Shown: piece by piece, positions 29,353-39,056 of the stretch | Layout of the letters: each line of letters begins with the position of its first letter | Numbering within the stretch: position 1 is the stretch's first letter | DNA from: Acholeplasmataceae bacterium | GTDB lineage: Bacteria > Bacillota_I > Bacilli_A > Acholeplasmatales > Acholeplasmataceae | Assembly (NCBI GenBank): GCA_963675245.1 | Contig: OY775910.1 | Span: 896,001 to 960,000, forward strand | DNA: 64,000 bases | Direction of reading: 5' to 3' | The notes under the pieces: generated by a model | What the model saw: only the letters and a program-made list of their open reading frames with translations | Told to the model about the DNA's origin: nothing | The model's database searches: none | Position numbers and translations under genes: made by a program

Positions 29353-30336
29353 ATGAATATTTTAATTATAGGTGGTACTGGAACGATTAGCACAGCCGTT
29401 GTTGAAAAATGTTTAAGTATGAATATCGATGTCACGGTCATGAATCGTGGTACTCATAATGATTCTTTACCTAAAGAAGTTAAAACGATTGTATGTGATA
29501 TCAATCAAGAGGATGCCGTTTTAAACGCACTTAGAGGGCAGCATTATGATAGTGTGATTGAATTTGTTGCGTATGTACCTAAACAAGTTCAACGTGATAT
29601 ACGCCTGTTTAAGGGTAAGACTGATCAATATATATTCATTAGTAGTGCAAGTGCTTATGAGAAACCAATAAAATCTTATCCAATCACCGAAGAAACACCA
29701 CTGATTAATCCTTATTGGGAATATAGTAGAAACAAAGCATTGTGTGAAGATTACTTAAAGACAGTTAAAGATATTAATGTCACGATTGTTAGACCATCTC
29801 ACACATATGATAATAAGATGGTTTTAGCGGTTATGACGAGATGGGGAAATGAATATGCTCACATAAAAAGATTGATGGATGGGAAACCGATTATTGTACC
29901 AGGTGATGGTACAAATCTTTGGACGGTTACACATGCGAGTGATTTCGCAAATAGTTTTGTATACGTAATCGGAAATCCTAAAACCTATGGTGAAGCATAT
30001 CACATTACTGGAAGTAAGGTCTATACATGGGATCAGTTAACTGAAATCATGGCGTCACATTTAGGTGTTAAAGCGCATATTGTTCACATACCAAGTGACA
30101 TCATTATTAAGTATATGCCGGAAATGGAAGGACCTTTACTTGGAGATAAATCTTGGAGTGCTATTTTTGATAACTCAAAAATTAAGTCTATCAGCAAAGA
30201 ATATTCATCAAAAGTCGGGTATGAAGATGTTGTGAGTGATGTCATCAAATATTATCAAGCGCATGAAGAAAAACAAAACATTAGTGAAGAATATGAAAAG
30301 ATGTATGATCAATTAGTAGAAAAATATCAAATATAA
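29353..30336 (+). CDS. NAD-dependent epimerase/dehydratase (atypical SDR)
   Basis: IIGGTGTIS, FISSASAY, YSRNK, IVRPSHTY. Confidence 0.88.
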   Translation: MNILIIGGTGTISTAVVEKCLSMNIDVTVMNRGTHNDSLPKEVKTIVCDINQEDAVLNALRGQHYDSVIEFVAYVPKQVQRDIRLFKGKTDQYIFISSASAYEKPIKSYPITEETPLINPYWEYSRNKALCEDYLKTVKDINVTIVRPSHTYDNKMVLAVMTRWGNEYAHIKRLMDGKPIIVPGDGTNLWTVTHASDFANSFVYVIGNPKTYGEAYHITGSKVYTWDQLTEIMASHLGVKAHIVHIPSDIIIKYMPEMEGPLLGDKSWSAIFDNSKIKSISKEYSSKVGYEDVVSDVIKYYQAHEEKQNISEEYEKMYDQLVEKYQI

Positions 30337-30340
30337 GGAT

Positions 30341-30372
30341 AAACCTAACCTATTTATTCAGGTTAGGTTTTT
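30341..30372 (+). terminator. Intrinsic terminator
   Basis: AAACCTAACCT-ATTTATTC-AGGTTAGGTTTTT. Confidence 0.75.
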
Positions 30373-30454
30373 ATATATTTTCAATATATAAGTAAAAAAT
30401 ATTTGTTATTATATGTGATTTTGGTATTACAAAGAAATGATGTTATAATATTGC

Positions 30455-30468
30455 TGTAAGCGGTTACA
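30455..30468. promoter_or_regulatory. cre-like (CcpA/LacI-family) operator of the BCAA operon
   Basis: TGTAAGCGGTTACA just downstream of extended -10 TGtTATAAT (30441-30449). Confidence 0.65.
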
Positions 30469-30496
30469 ATATTAATATAAAAAACGGAGGTTGACG

Positions 30497-31579
30497 ATGG
30501 ATAAGTTCGATTATATGAAAAAACACAATTATGAACAAATCGTCTATTTTTTTGACAAGACAACAGGATTAAAGGGAATCACGTGTATTCACAATACCAC
30601 ATTAGGGCCAGCCCTTGGGGGTACGAGACTTTGGAATTACGAATGTGAAGAAGATGCTGTCCTTGATTGTTTGAGACTCGCAAGAGGTATGACATACAAA
30701 GCTGCAGCAGCGGGTTTAAACCTTGGTGGTGGTAAAACAGTACTAATTGGTAACGCAGATGAAGTGAAGAGTGAAGCTTATTTTAGAGCACTAGGTCGAT
30801 ATGTACAAAGTTTAAATGGCAGATATATTACCGCTGAGGATGTTAATACGTCGACAAAAGATATGGATTATGTACACATGGAAACGGATCATGTCGTTGG
30901 ACTCGAAGGGAAATCAGGAAACCCCTCACCTCTCACAGCATTAGGTGTCTTCCATGGTATTCGTGCGACACTACAACACCGTTTAGGTGATAATGATATA
31001 ACAAAATATTCGTTCGCTGTTCAAGGAACAGGTCAGACAGGCTATTATTTAGTGAAGTTATTAACTGAAGCAAACGCTAAAAAGATTTATTTCACTGATA
31101 TTAATAAAGAACATATTAACCGTATGAAAAAAGAATGTCCGAATGCGGTTTATGTTGACCCAAATGATATATATGGATTAGACGTTGATGTGTTTTCACC
31201 ATGTGCGTTAGGTGCGGTGTTAAATGACAAAACGATACCTCAAATTAAGGCACCAGTTATCGCTGGTTCTGCTAATAATGTGTTGGAAGATGAAGAAAAG
31301 CATGGCAATATGATTAAAGATAAAGGTATATTATATGCACCAGATTTCGTGATTAATGCTGGTGGATTAATTAATGTGTCACATGAATTAGTGACATACA
31401 ATAGAGAACGTGCCATTAGAGACATTGAAAAAATATATGATCGTTTATTAGAGATTTTCTCGATTGCTGAAAAAGAAGATATACCAACATTTAATGCTGC
31501 AAAAGTGTTCGCTAAAAAGCGTATTGAAACAATCACAGTTCTTCGAGGTAATTATATTCCAAGAAATACAAACAAATAA
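30497..31579 (+). CDS. bcd: Leucine (branched-chain amino acid) dehydrogenase
   Basis: LGPALGGTR, GMTYK, LGGGK, YITAEDV, GNPSPLTA, PCALG, YAPDFVINAGG. Start set at ATG 30497. Confidence 0.92.
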   Translation: MDKFDYMKKHNYEQIVYFFDKTTGLKGITCIHNTTLGPALGGTRLWNYECEEDAVLDCLRLARGMTYKAAAAGLNLGGGKTVLIGNADEVKSEAYFRALGRYVQSLNGRYITAEDVNTSTKDMDYVHMETDHVVGLEGKSGNPSPLTALGVFHGIRATLQHRLGDNDITKYSFAVQGTGQTGYYLVKLLTEANAKKIYFTDINKEHINRMKKECPNAVYVDPNDIYGLDVDVFSPCALGAVLNDKTIPQIKAPVIAGSANNVLEDEEKHGNMIKDKGILYAPDFVINAGGLINVSHELVTYNRERAIRDIEKIYDRLLEIFSIAEKEDIPTFNAAKVFAKKRIETITVLRGNYIPRNTNK

Positions 31580-32223
31580 TGAAAAGAATTATATTTATTA
31601 CGGGATATTTTGGTTCAGGTAAAACAGAGGTTGCGCTTAATTTAACTGAAAAAATAAAAGCGGATTATTTAGTTGACTTGGATATTATTAATCCGTATTT
31701 CAGATCAAGAGAATATAAAGATAAATTAACACACACTGAGGTAATCTCGTCAGATCTTGAAAAAGATCAATATAGTGATTTGCCATATCTTTCAAAAAAG
31801 ATATTTTTACCCTTTAATCAACATGACTCAAAAGCGATTTATGATTTGGGTGGTAGTGATTTAGGTGTAAAAGTGATGAAGCAATTTAGTCATGAGGATT
31901 TAAGGGATGTTGATTTGTTTCTAGTGATTAATGTGTATCGTATGGAAACGAATGATGAAGCATCGATTCTTCAACTTATTAAAATGCTAGAACAACAAAG
32001 TGGCATTAAAATTACGGGGTTAATCAATAATTCAAATTTATTGAAAGAAACAAGATTTGAAGATATTATGTATGGCGCTGAAATTATTAAGAACGTTTCA
32101 CGTGTGACCAAGATACCATTACTTTATACATGTATCGAAGAAACACTTAACCTAAATCATTATGGTTTACCTGGAGATATTTTGAATTTAAAGAGATATT
32201 TCGGGAAAAAGTGGAGAAGTTAA
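31579..32223 (+). CDS. Uncharacterised P-loop NTPase of vor/buk operons
   Basis: GYFGSGKTE Walker A, DLDIINPYFRSRE, DLGG. Confidence 0.8.
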   Translation: MKRIIFITGYFGSGKTEVALNLTEKIKADYLVDLDIINPYFRSREYKDKLTHTEVISSDLEKDQYSDLPYLSKKIFLPFNQHDSKAIYDLGGSDLGVKVMKQFSHEDLRDVDLFLVINVYRMETNDEASILQLIKMLEQQSGIKITGLINNSNLLKETRFEDIMYGAEIIKNVSRVTKIPLLYTCIEETLNLNHYGLPGDILNLKRYFGKKWRS

Positions 32224-32238
32224 CAAGGAGGAACTACA

Positions 32239-32463
32239 ATGCAAAAAGGCAACGTATTATTCGACTATGATAAGTGTAAAGGATGCTTATTGTGTGTTGA
32301 ATTTTGTCCAAAAGAAATTCTATATCAGGACAAAAAAGAAATTAACAAATCAGGGTATAATGTGATTAAAGTCACAGACATGGATCGTTGTATTGGCTGT
32401 GGCATTTGTGCGATGATGTGTCCTGACTCTGTGATTACAGTTGAGGTGGGAAAAAATGAGTAA
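32239..32463 (+). CDS. 2[4Fe-4S] ferredoxin subunit of 2-oxoacid:ferredoxin oxidoreductase
   Basis: CKGCLLCVEFCP and CIGCGICAMMCP. Confidence 0.93.
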   Translation: MQKGNVLFDYDKCKGCLLCVEFCPKEILYQDKKEINKSGYNVIKVTDMDRCIGCGICAMMCPDSVITVEVGKNE

Positions 32464-33523
32464 AGTATTAATGAAGGGGAATGAAGCGATTGCAGTTGCA
32501 GCCATCAAAGGTGGTGTAGATGCATTTTTTGGTTATCCGATTACCCCTCAAAATGAAATCCCTGAATATTTATCTAAACATCTATTAGCTGAAGGTCGTG
32601 TTTTTGTTCAAGCTGAATCTGAAGTTGCTGCTGTTAATATGGTCTATGGTGCGGCAGGCGCAGGTGCCAGAGTGATGACATCTTCATCATCTCCAGGTAT
32701 CGCATTAAAGCAAGAAGGCATCTCATATATCGCTGCAGCGGAACTACCATGTGTCATTGTTTCTGTTATGCGTGGGGGCCCAGGACTTGGCGGTATACAG
32801 CCTTCTCAAGCCGATTACTACCAAGCCACTCGTGGTGGTGGCAATGGTGATTATCAGCTTATTGTGTATGCACCTGAAACGATTCAAGAATCAATAGACA
32901 TATTAAAAGAAGCATTTGATATTGCTGACATATATAGAAATCCAGTGCTTGTATTAGTTGATGGATTGATTGGACAAATGATGGAGTCTGTAGATTTGGA
33001 TCGTCCAGTAAAAAAAAGAGAAATTCCTGAAAAAGAATATGCAACCACTGGAATGAATCACCATGAAGGACGACATGTCGCGAACTCTCTACATTTAAAT
33101 CCTGCAACACTTGAGGCCCATAATATAAAATTACATCAAAAATATGAACGCATAAAACAAGAAGAAACGAGATTTGAAACAATTGGAATAGAAGATGCTG
33201 AGTATGTGATTGTTGCTTATGGAACGATGGCACGCATTTGTCGTTCTGCTATTGAAATGTTAGCTGAACAAGGCATTAAAGTTGGTATGATTCGTCCGAT
33301 ATCACTTTGGCCATTCCCTAAAAAAGCATTTGATCTCATTCCTAATAGTAGTAAAGGTGTTTTATGTGCAGAAATGAGTATGGGACAAATGCTTGATGAT
33401 GTCTTGATTTCAAATAAGAATAAATTTCCAGTTGCTTTTTATGGTCGAACAGGTGGTATGGTTCCTGAACCAGAAGAAATCGTTGAAGCAATTATGAACT
33501 TTGAAGACAAGGTGGTGAAATAA
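32456..33523 (+). CDS. vorB: 2-ketoisovalerate:ferredoxin oxidoreductase alpha-type subunit
   Basis: MKGNEAIA, GYPITPQ, QAESE, SSSPG, RGGPGLG. Start set at ATG 32456. Confidence 0.9.
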   Translation: MSKVLMKGNEAIAVAAIKGGVDAFFGYPITPQNEIPEYLSKHLLAEGRVFVQAESEVAAVNMVYGAAGAGARVMTSSSSPGIALKQEGISYIAAAELPCVIVSVMRGGPGLGGIQPSQADYYQATRGGGNGDYQLIVYAPETIQESIDILKEAFDIADIYRNPVLVLVDGLIGQMMESVDLDRPVKKREIPEKEYATTGMNHHEGRHVANSLHLNPATLEAHNIKLHQKYERIKQEETRFETIGIEDAEYVIVAYGTMARICRSAIEMLAEQGIKVGMIRPISLWPFPKKAFDLIPNSSKGVLCAEMSMGQMLDDVLISNKNKFPVAFYGRTGGMVPEPEEIVEAIMNFEDKVVK

Positions 33524-34272
33524 TGGAAGTTAAATATCAAAAATCAAAAGGTTTAACTGACACACCTCTAACATATTGCCCTGGGTGCACCCATGGGATC
33601 GCTCATAAATTAGTCGCTGAAACATTAGAAGAACTTGGCGTATTAGGCGAAGCGATTGGTGTAGCAAGTGTTGGTTGCTCTGTCTTTTCGTATGAGTTCT
33701 TTAATTGTGATATGCAACAAGCACCACATGGTAGAGCATGTGCAGAAGCGACTGGTATTAAACGTGTAAGACCTGATAACATCGTTTTTACATATCAAGG
33801 TGATGGTGATCTTGCATCTATTGGTATTGCAGAAGCGATACATGCCGCTAATCGTGGTGAAAATATTACAGTCATTTTTATTAACAATGCGATATATGGT
33901 ATGACAGGAGGTCAAATGGCACCAACTACTTTGCTTGGTCAAAAAACGACCACATCTCAAAGTGGTAGAGAAGTTATGCAACACGGTAATCCGATTAAGA
34001 TATCAGAAATATTTTCTCAAATTGATGGTGTTGCTTACTTAGAAAGAGTTGCTTTATATGATCCAAAGCATGTCATTAAAGCGAAGAAAGCAATCAAAAA
34101 AGCATTCACATATCAAATGGAAAAACGTGGATTTACAATGATCGAAATATTATCTACATGTCCAGTGAATTGGGGTATGCATCCTATTGATGCACTCAAA
34201 TGGGTTAAATCTGATATGGAACCTGTCTATCCACTAGGAGTATTTAAGGATAAGGGTGATCAAAATGCCTAA
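33523..34272 (+). CDS. 2-oxoacid:ferredoxin oxidoreductase beta (TPP-binding) subunit
   Basis: YCPGC, YQGDGD, NNAIYGMTGGQMAPT, STCP. Confidence 0.92.
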   Translation: MEVKYQKSKGLTDTPLTYCPGCTHGIAHKLVAETLEELGVLGEAIGVASVGCSVFSYEFFNCDMQQAPHGRACAEATGIKRVRPDNIVFTYQGDGDLASIGIAEAIHAANRGENITVIFINNAIYGMTGGQMAPTTLLGQKTTTSQSGREVMQHGNPIKISEIFSQIDGVAYLERVALYDPKHVIKAKKAIKKAFTYQMEKRGFTMIEILSTCPVNWGMHPIDALKWVKSDMEPVYPLGVFKDKGDQNA

Positions 34273-34831
34273 AGAAACACACATACGAGTCGCTGGATTT
34301 GGTGGTCAAGGTGTGATGATGTTTGGTCAAATGCTCGCTTATAGTGCAACTATTGACGATTTGAACACATTATGGTTTCCATCCTATGGTCCAGAAACAA
34401 GAGGGGGAACAGCAAATTGTACTGTTATAGTATCTCCTGAAGATATTGGATCTCCGGTGTTTCAGAATGCAAATCATTTCATCGCGTTCAATATGCCATC
34501 ACTCACTAAGTTTCAAGAAAAAGTAACTGAACAAGGATTGGTCCTTTATAACTCATCTTTGATTAAAGAAGAAGTGATCAATGAAAAAGCTTTGGTTGTT
34601 GGCGTACCGGTAAATGAGATTGCAGCTCAATTAGATAATGAAAAAGTCATGAATATGGTCATGCTTGGTGCATATCTCGAACTAACTCATCTATTTAATC
34701 AGCATACGGTTGATGCAGCACTAAAGAAATTCTTAGGAAACCGGAAATCACATATGCTTGATATTAATCTTGAAGCGATCGAGCAAGGAAGACAATATAT
34801 AAAAGGATTAAAGATAACATATGTTACATAA
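34265..34831 (+). CDS. 2-oxoacid:ferredoxin oxidoreductase gamma subunit
   Basis: AGFGGQG, PSYGPETRGG, NMVMLGA. Confidence 0.92.
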   Translation: MPKETHIRVAGFGGQGVMMFGQMLAYSATIDDLNTLWFPSYGPETRGGTANCTVIVSPEDIGSPVFQNANHFIAFNMPSLTKFQEKVTEQGLVLYNSSLIKEEVINEKALVVGVPVNEIAAQLDNEKVMNMVMLGAYLELTHLFNQHTVDAALKKFLGNRKSHMLDINLEAIEQGRQYIKGLKITYVT

Positions 34832-35705
34832 CTTTTACGAACTAAAATCTGCTGCATTAAAAAAGCAACCACAAAGAATGGCGGTTGTTTTTCCACATGA
34901 TTTATTTGTGATGGAAGCTGTTTTAGATGCTTATAAAGCAGGTGTTGTTAAACCAATTTTAATTGGTGATCAGTATATCATCAGTGAATTATTAGAACAA
35001 TTTAACGATATAAAAATCATCCATGAAAAAGATCCTTTGAAGGCTTCTCGCATAGCGATGGATTTAGTAAATACCGAACAAGCAGATATTATCATGAAAG
35101 GTTTGATTGATACACATTATCTATTAAAAGCGGTTGTCAATGATCAATTTGGCATTAAAAAAAGCAAGCTATTATCTCATGTTGGTTTAGTATCATATTC
35201 AGATTTCAATCGTGTTTTATTTATCACAGATGGTGCCATGAATATTGCACCAAATGTTAATGATAAAATTCACATTATTGAAAATGTTATATTTCTTGCA
35301 CATGCACTTGGCGATGATAGACCAAAAGTAGGTTTAGTTTCAGCGGTTGAAAAAGTAAATCCTAAAATGCAATCAACAGTTGATGCGAAAGAAATTCTTT
35401 CTCATTATAAGAAAAATGAGAATTTATCATTTGATATTGATGGACCTTTTGCAATCGATAATTTAGTGAGCTTGGAATCTGTGCTTCATAAAGGGTTGTC
35501 TGGTCCTGTGGCAGGAAATGCTAATATATTAGTGTTTCCAAATATTGAATCTGGTAATGTTTTTTACAAGACATCTGTCTTCTTAGCACATGCAGAATCT
35601 GCAGGTATTGTGATGGGTGCCAAGGTACCAATCGTTTTAACAAGCAGAGCGGATACAAAAGAAGCGAAATTAAATTCTATTTATTTGGCGGTGGTAATAT
35701 CATGA
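34821..35705 (+). CDS. ptb: Phosphate butyryl/branched acyltransferase
   Basis: IIMKG, TDGAMNIAP, SAVEKVNPKM, DGPFAIDN, PNIESGN, VLTSRAD. Confidence 0.9.
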   Translation: MLHNFYELKSAALKKQPQRMAVVFPHDLFVMEAVLDAYKAGVVKPILIGDQYIISELLEQFNDIKIIHEKDPLKASRIAMDLVNTEQADIIMKGLIDTHYLLKAVVNDQFGIKKSKLLSHVGLVSYSDFNRVLFITDGAMNIAPNVNDKIHIIENVIFLAHALGDDRPKVGLVSAVEKVNPKMQSTVDAKEILSHYKKNENLSFDIDGPFAIDNLVSLESVLHKGLSGPVAGNANILVFPNIESGNVFYKTSVFLAHAESAGIVMGAKVPIVLTSRADTKEAKLNSIYLAVVIS

Positions 35706-36781
35706 CAAATTTGATATTAGTGATTAATCCAGGATCAACTTCAACGAAGGTTGCATTATATAAAAATGAGAATGTGTTTGCAGAAAAAACATTAAGACAT
35801 AGTGCTGAAGAACTATCTCAATATAAGAATATTATCGATCAAAAGGATACCAGAAAAAGGCTTATTAAAGACTTTTTAGACGAATATCATATGACGATAG
35901 ATATGATTGATATATTTGTTGGAAGAGGTGGTATCTTAAAACCATTAAAGCAATCAGGTACATATCTAGTTAATGATGAAATGATATCAGATTTAAGTCA
36001 AGCAAAATACGGACAACATGCCTCTAATCTTGGAGCAATCATCGCTTATGAATATGCGAAAGAATATGATAAACCAGCATTTATTGTAGATCCAGTATGC
36101 ATAGATGAAATGAACGATATAGCACGTATATCAGGATTAAAAGGTATTGAGAGACAATCAACTTATCATGCATTAAATCAAAAAGCGGTTGCAAGAAAAC
36201 ATGCTGAAAAGATAGATAAAGCATATAAGGATTTAAATCTTATCGTGTGCCATCTAGGTGGTGGTATCAGTGTTGGGTTGCATATGAAAGGAAAAGTAGT
36301 TGATGTCAATAATGCATTAGGTGGAGATGGACCTTTCTCGCCAGAAAGAACGGGGACCATTCCAACTTATCCGCTTGTTAAATTGTGTTTTTCTGGTAAG
36401 TATAGTGAACATGAGATAAAGAAAATGTTGGTCGGACATGGTGGTTTAGTATCTTATGTTCATACGACTGATGCTGTCGAAATAGAAAAGAGAATTCAAG
36501 CAGGTGACACTGAAGTAGCATTTTATTTCAACGCGATGGCGTATCGAGTAGCTAAAGAAATAGGTGGATTATATTTTATTGCTTCTGGAGAAATAGACGA
36601 TATATTGATTACAGGTGGATTAGCTTATAATCAAACATTCATGTCTTATCTTAAAGCTTATATAGAACCGATAAAGCCTTTTGTGGAATATCCAGGTGAA
36701 TTTGAAATGCAAGCGTTAGTACTTGGCGCATTACGTGTCATAAATAAAGAGGAAGAAGCGCATATTTATCACAATCATTAA
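35702..36781 (+). CDS. buk: Butyrate (branched-chain carboxylate) kinase
   Basis: INPGSTSTK, GRGG, HASNLG, HALNQKA, HLGGGIS, GPFSPER, TGGLA. Confidence 0.95.
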   Translation: MTNLILVINPGSTSTKVALYKNENVFAEKTLRHSAEELSQYKNIIDQKDTRKRLIKDFLDEYHMTIDMIDIFVGRGGILKPLKQSGTYLVNDEMISDLSQAKYGQHASNLGAIIAYEYAKEYDKPAFIVDPVCIDEMNDIARISGLKGIERQSTYHALNQKAVARKHAEKIDKAYKDLNLIVCHLGGGISVGLHMKGKVVDVNNALGGDGPFSPERTGTIPTYPLVKLCFSGKYSEHEIKKMLVGHGGLVSYVHTTDAVEIEKRIQAGDTEVAFYFNAMAYRVAKEIGGLYFIASGEIDDILITGGLAYNQTFMSYLKAYIEPIKPFVEYPGEFEMQALVLGALRVINKEEEAHIYHNH

Positions 36782-36788
36782 AATAGTG

Positions 36789-36817
36789 TTGACATGTGAA
36801 CATTTTTAATCTATAAT
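36789..36817 (+). promoter_or_regulatory. Consensus sigma-A promoter of the trp T-box leader
   Basis: TTGACA-17bp-TATAAT. Confidence 0.85.
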
Positions 36818-36829
36818 CAATACAAACCA

Positions 36830-37078
36830 TTAAATCAATGAGTGGAAGTAGTAAATTATTTTTTCGTAATCAAAGAGAGTCGGGTATGGTGAAAACCGAT
36901 ATTACAAAAATAATCGAATGGATCCATGAGAGAAAATCCGAAATGTAGGATTTTACGGGTGCTCCCGTTATAGAGCTAGGATATGATCGTATCCGATGAG
37001 GGTTCTTTATAAGAACTAAAAAAAGGTGGCACCACGTTAATAACGTCCTTTATGCAAATAGCATATTGGACTTTTTTG
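36830..37078 (+). promoter_or_regulatory. Tryptophan T-box riboswitch
   Basis: Stem I with AGTA, AGAGA and GGTGAAA motifs; specifier GAA-TGG-A (TGG at 36919-36921); T-box AAGGTGGCACCACG (37023-37036); terminator ending in a T-run. Confidence 0.92.
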
Positions 37079-37178
37079 TTGATATAAGGAGACTTGAAAT
37101 GGGACCTTGAAGGAATCGATTCACTAAAATTTAACTATATTAGATCAAATAATAATAAAATCAAAGGAGATAATTAAA

Positions 37179-38363
37179 ATGACAAATTATGAATATGGAA
37201 GATTTGGCGGACAATTTGTACCACCAGTCGTCGTAGCAGCATTAAATGAATTAGAACGTGTATTTAACGAAGCGAAAGAAGATCCTAAATTTATCGCTGA
37301 ATACTTGTATTACTTAAAACATTATGTAGGACGTCCTAGTCCGTTATATTTCGCTGAGAATCTAACGAAGAAATATGGTGGCGCTAAGATTTATCTTAAG
37401 CGAGAAGATTTAAACCACACTGGTGCACATAAGATTAACAATACGATTGGACAAATCTTATTGGCTAAACGTATGGGGAAAACAAAAGTCATTGCAGAAA
37501 CTGGCGCTGGTCAACACGGAGTTGCTACTGCGACTACTGCAGCAATGTTTGGTATGGATTGTGAAGTTTTCCAAGGTGCAGTTGATATGGAAAGACAAAG
37601 ATTAAATGTTTTCAGAATGGAAATGTTAGGAGCTAAAGTAACTGGTGTTGATCAAGGCACAGCAACACTCGCTGATGCTGTTGATTTTGCAATTGGTAAA
37701 TGGGTTGAACGTATTGAAGACACATTTTACTTATTAGGCAGTGCTGTTGGGCCACACCCTTATCCAACCATCGTTAAGTTCTTCCAAAAGATTATTGGTG
37801 AAGAAGCAAGAAAACAAATACTTGAACAAGAGGGGAAACTTCCTGATTACTTATTTGCGTGTGTTGGTGGTGGATCAAATGCAATTGGTTTATTCACTGA
37901 ATTTTTGAAAGATGAAGACGCAAAAATTGTTGGTGTTGAAGCTGCCGGCAAAGGTTTAGAAACAAAAGAACATGCGGCAACTTTAACTTTAGGAAAAGAA
38001 GCTGTTATTCATGGTATGAGTACCAAAGTTGTTTTAGATGATGATGGTAAGATTAGTCCAGTATACTCAATTTCAGCAGGTCTCGATTATCCTGGCGTAG
38101 GTCCAGAACATGCTTTCTTACAAGACACAAAACGAGTATCTTATGAATCTTGTACGGACGAAGAAGCTGTTAATGCCTTCCTTGAACTCTCTCGCGAAGA
38201 AGGTATTATTCCAGCTATTGAATCGTCTCATGCGGTTGCTAATGCCTTAAAACTTGCACCACAGCTTAAACCAGATCAAATTATTATTATCAATTTATCA
38301 GGTCGGGGTGATAAAGATGTTGAAGCAATTGAAAGATATTTGAATCAAAAAAGTTCGAACTAA
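37179..38363 (+). CDS. trpB: Tryptophan synthase beta subunit (TrpB1 type), stand-alone
   Basis: [15 protein letters not shown] (PLP Lys), [35 protein letters not shown]. Confidence 0.97.
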   Translation: MTNYEYGRFGGQFVPPVVVAALNELERVFNEAKEDPKFIAEYLYYLKHYVGRPSPLYFAENLTKKYGGAKIYLKREDLNHTGAHKINNTIGQILLAKRMGKTKVIAETGAGQHGVATATTAAMFGMDCEVFQGAVDMERQRLNVFRMEMLGAKVTGVDQGTATLADAVDFAIGKWVERIEDTFYLLGSAVGPHPYPTIVKFFQKIIGEEARKQILEQEGKLPDYLFACVGGGSNAIGLFTEFLKDEDAKIVGVEAAGKGLETKEHAATLTLGKEAVIHGMSTKVVLDDDGKISPVYSISAGLDYPGVGPEHAFLQDTKRVSYESCTDEEAVNAFLELSREEGIIPAIESSHAVANALKLAPQLKPDQIIIINLSGRGDKDVEAIERYLNQKSSN

Positions 38364-38391
38364 AAAAAATGCCAGTCCAGCTGGCATTTTT
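38362..38391. terminator. Bidirectional terminator
   Basis: AAAAAAATGCCAG-TCCAG-CTGGCATTTTT between convergent genes. Confidence 0.8.
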
Positions 38392-38903
38392 CATGAATGA
38401 TTTAAATGATCAACAATATGTGCGATTAAATTAAGAATAATACCATCAACAACGCTGATTGCACCAACGATATATCCCCAATTGAATGTAGGATAGATAA
38501 TTGAAGCCATGAAAAACCCAATAGCAATCACATATAAAACATAAGCACAAATATTAATCACACGAGGTTGAATTCTAATGAAAGACCGTTTATGATATTT
38601 TTCTATTTGTGCAAACTCCTCACTGGTAACGTCTAACGGTGTCATGACAACAAAGGCATTTTCTTTTAAATCATATTTAATCCCTATGACATCTCCAGTT
38701 GCCTTTTCAATAACATACTGTAAATTCTCTGATTTTCTGATAGTGCGATTAGGATAGATTGGTTCAAATAACTCTTCGACATGTGGGCCAAGGTAGGACT
38801 CATAGAGGTTTGCATTAATTAAAACATCGGCTCTATAAGTCATTTCTCTCATGTTCATGCGTTTATTTTGCATATCTAAGTATGCTCTTATCTTTTCATG
38901 CAT
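38391..38903 (-). CDS. Hypothetical protein with two C-terminal TM segments
   Basis: 170-aa ORF with RBS GAGGTG; no family recognised. Confidence 0.7.
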   Translation of the reverse strand: MHEKIRAYLDMQNKRMNMREMTYRADVLINANLYESYLGPHVEELFEPIYPNRTIRKSENLQYVIEKATGDVIGIKYDLKENAFVVMTPLDVTSEEFAQIEKYHKRSFIRIQPRVINICAYVLYVIAIGFFMASIIYPTFNWGYIVGAISVVDGIILNLIAHIVDHLNHS

Positions 38904-39056
38904 CGTATCACCTCATTTGCCTTTAGTCTATCACAAACGCTTTGAAATTAAAATATTTTCGTAACCTAATATCATATGCGTTTGCATATTTGAATAAGTA
39001 AGATTAAAATTAATATAAAGAGACAAACGTACTCTAGTTCTATAGGAGGTAAAAAA

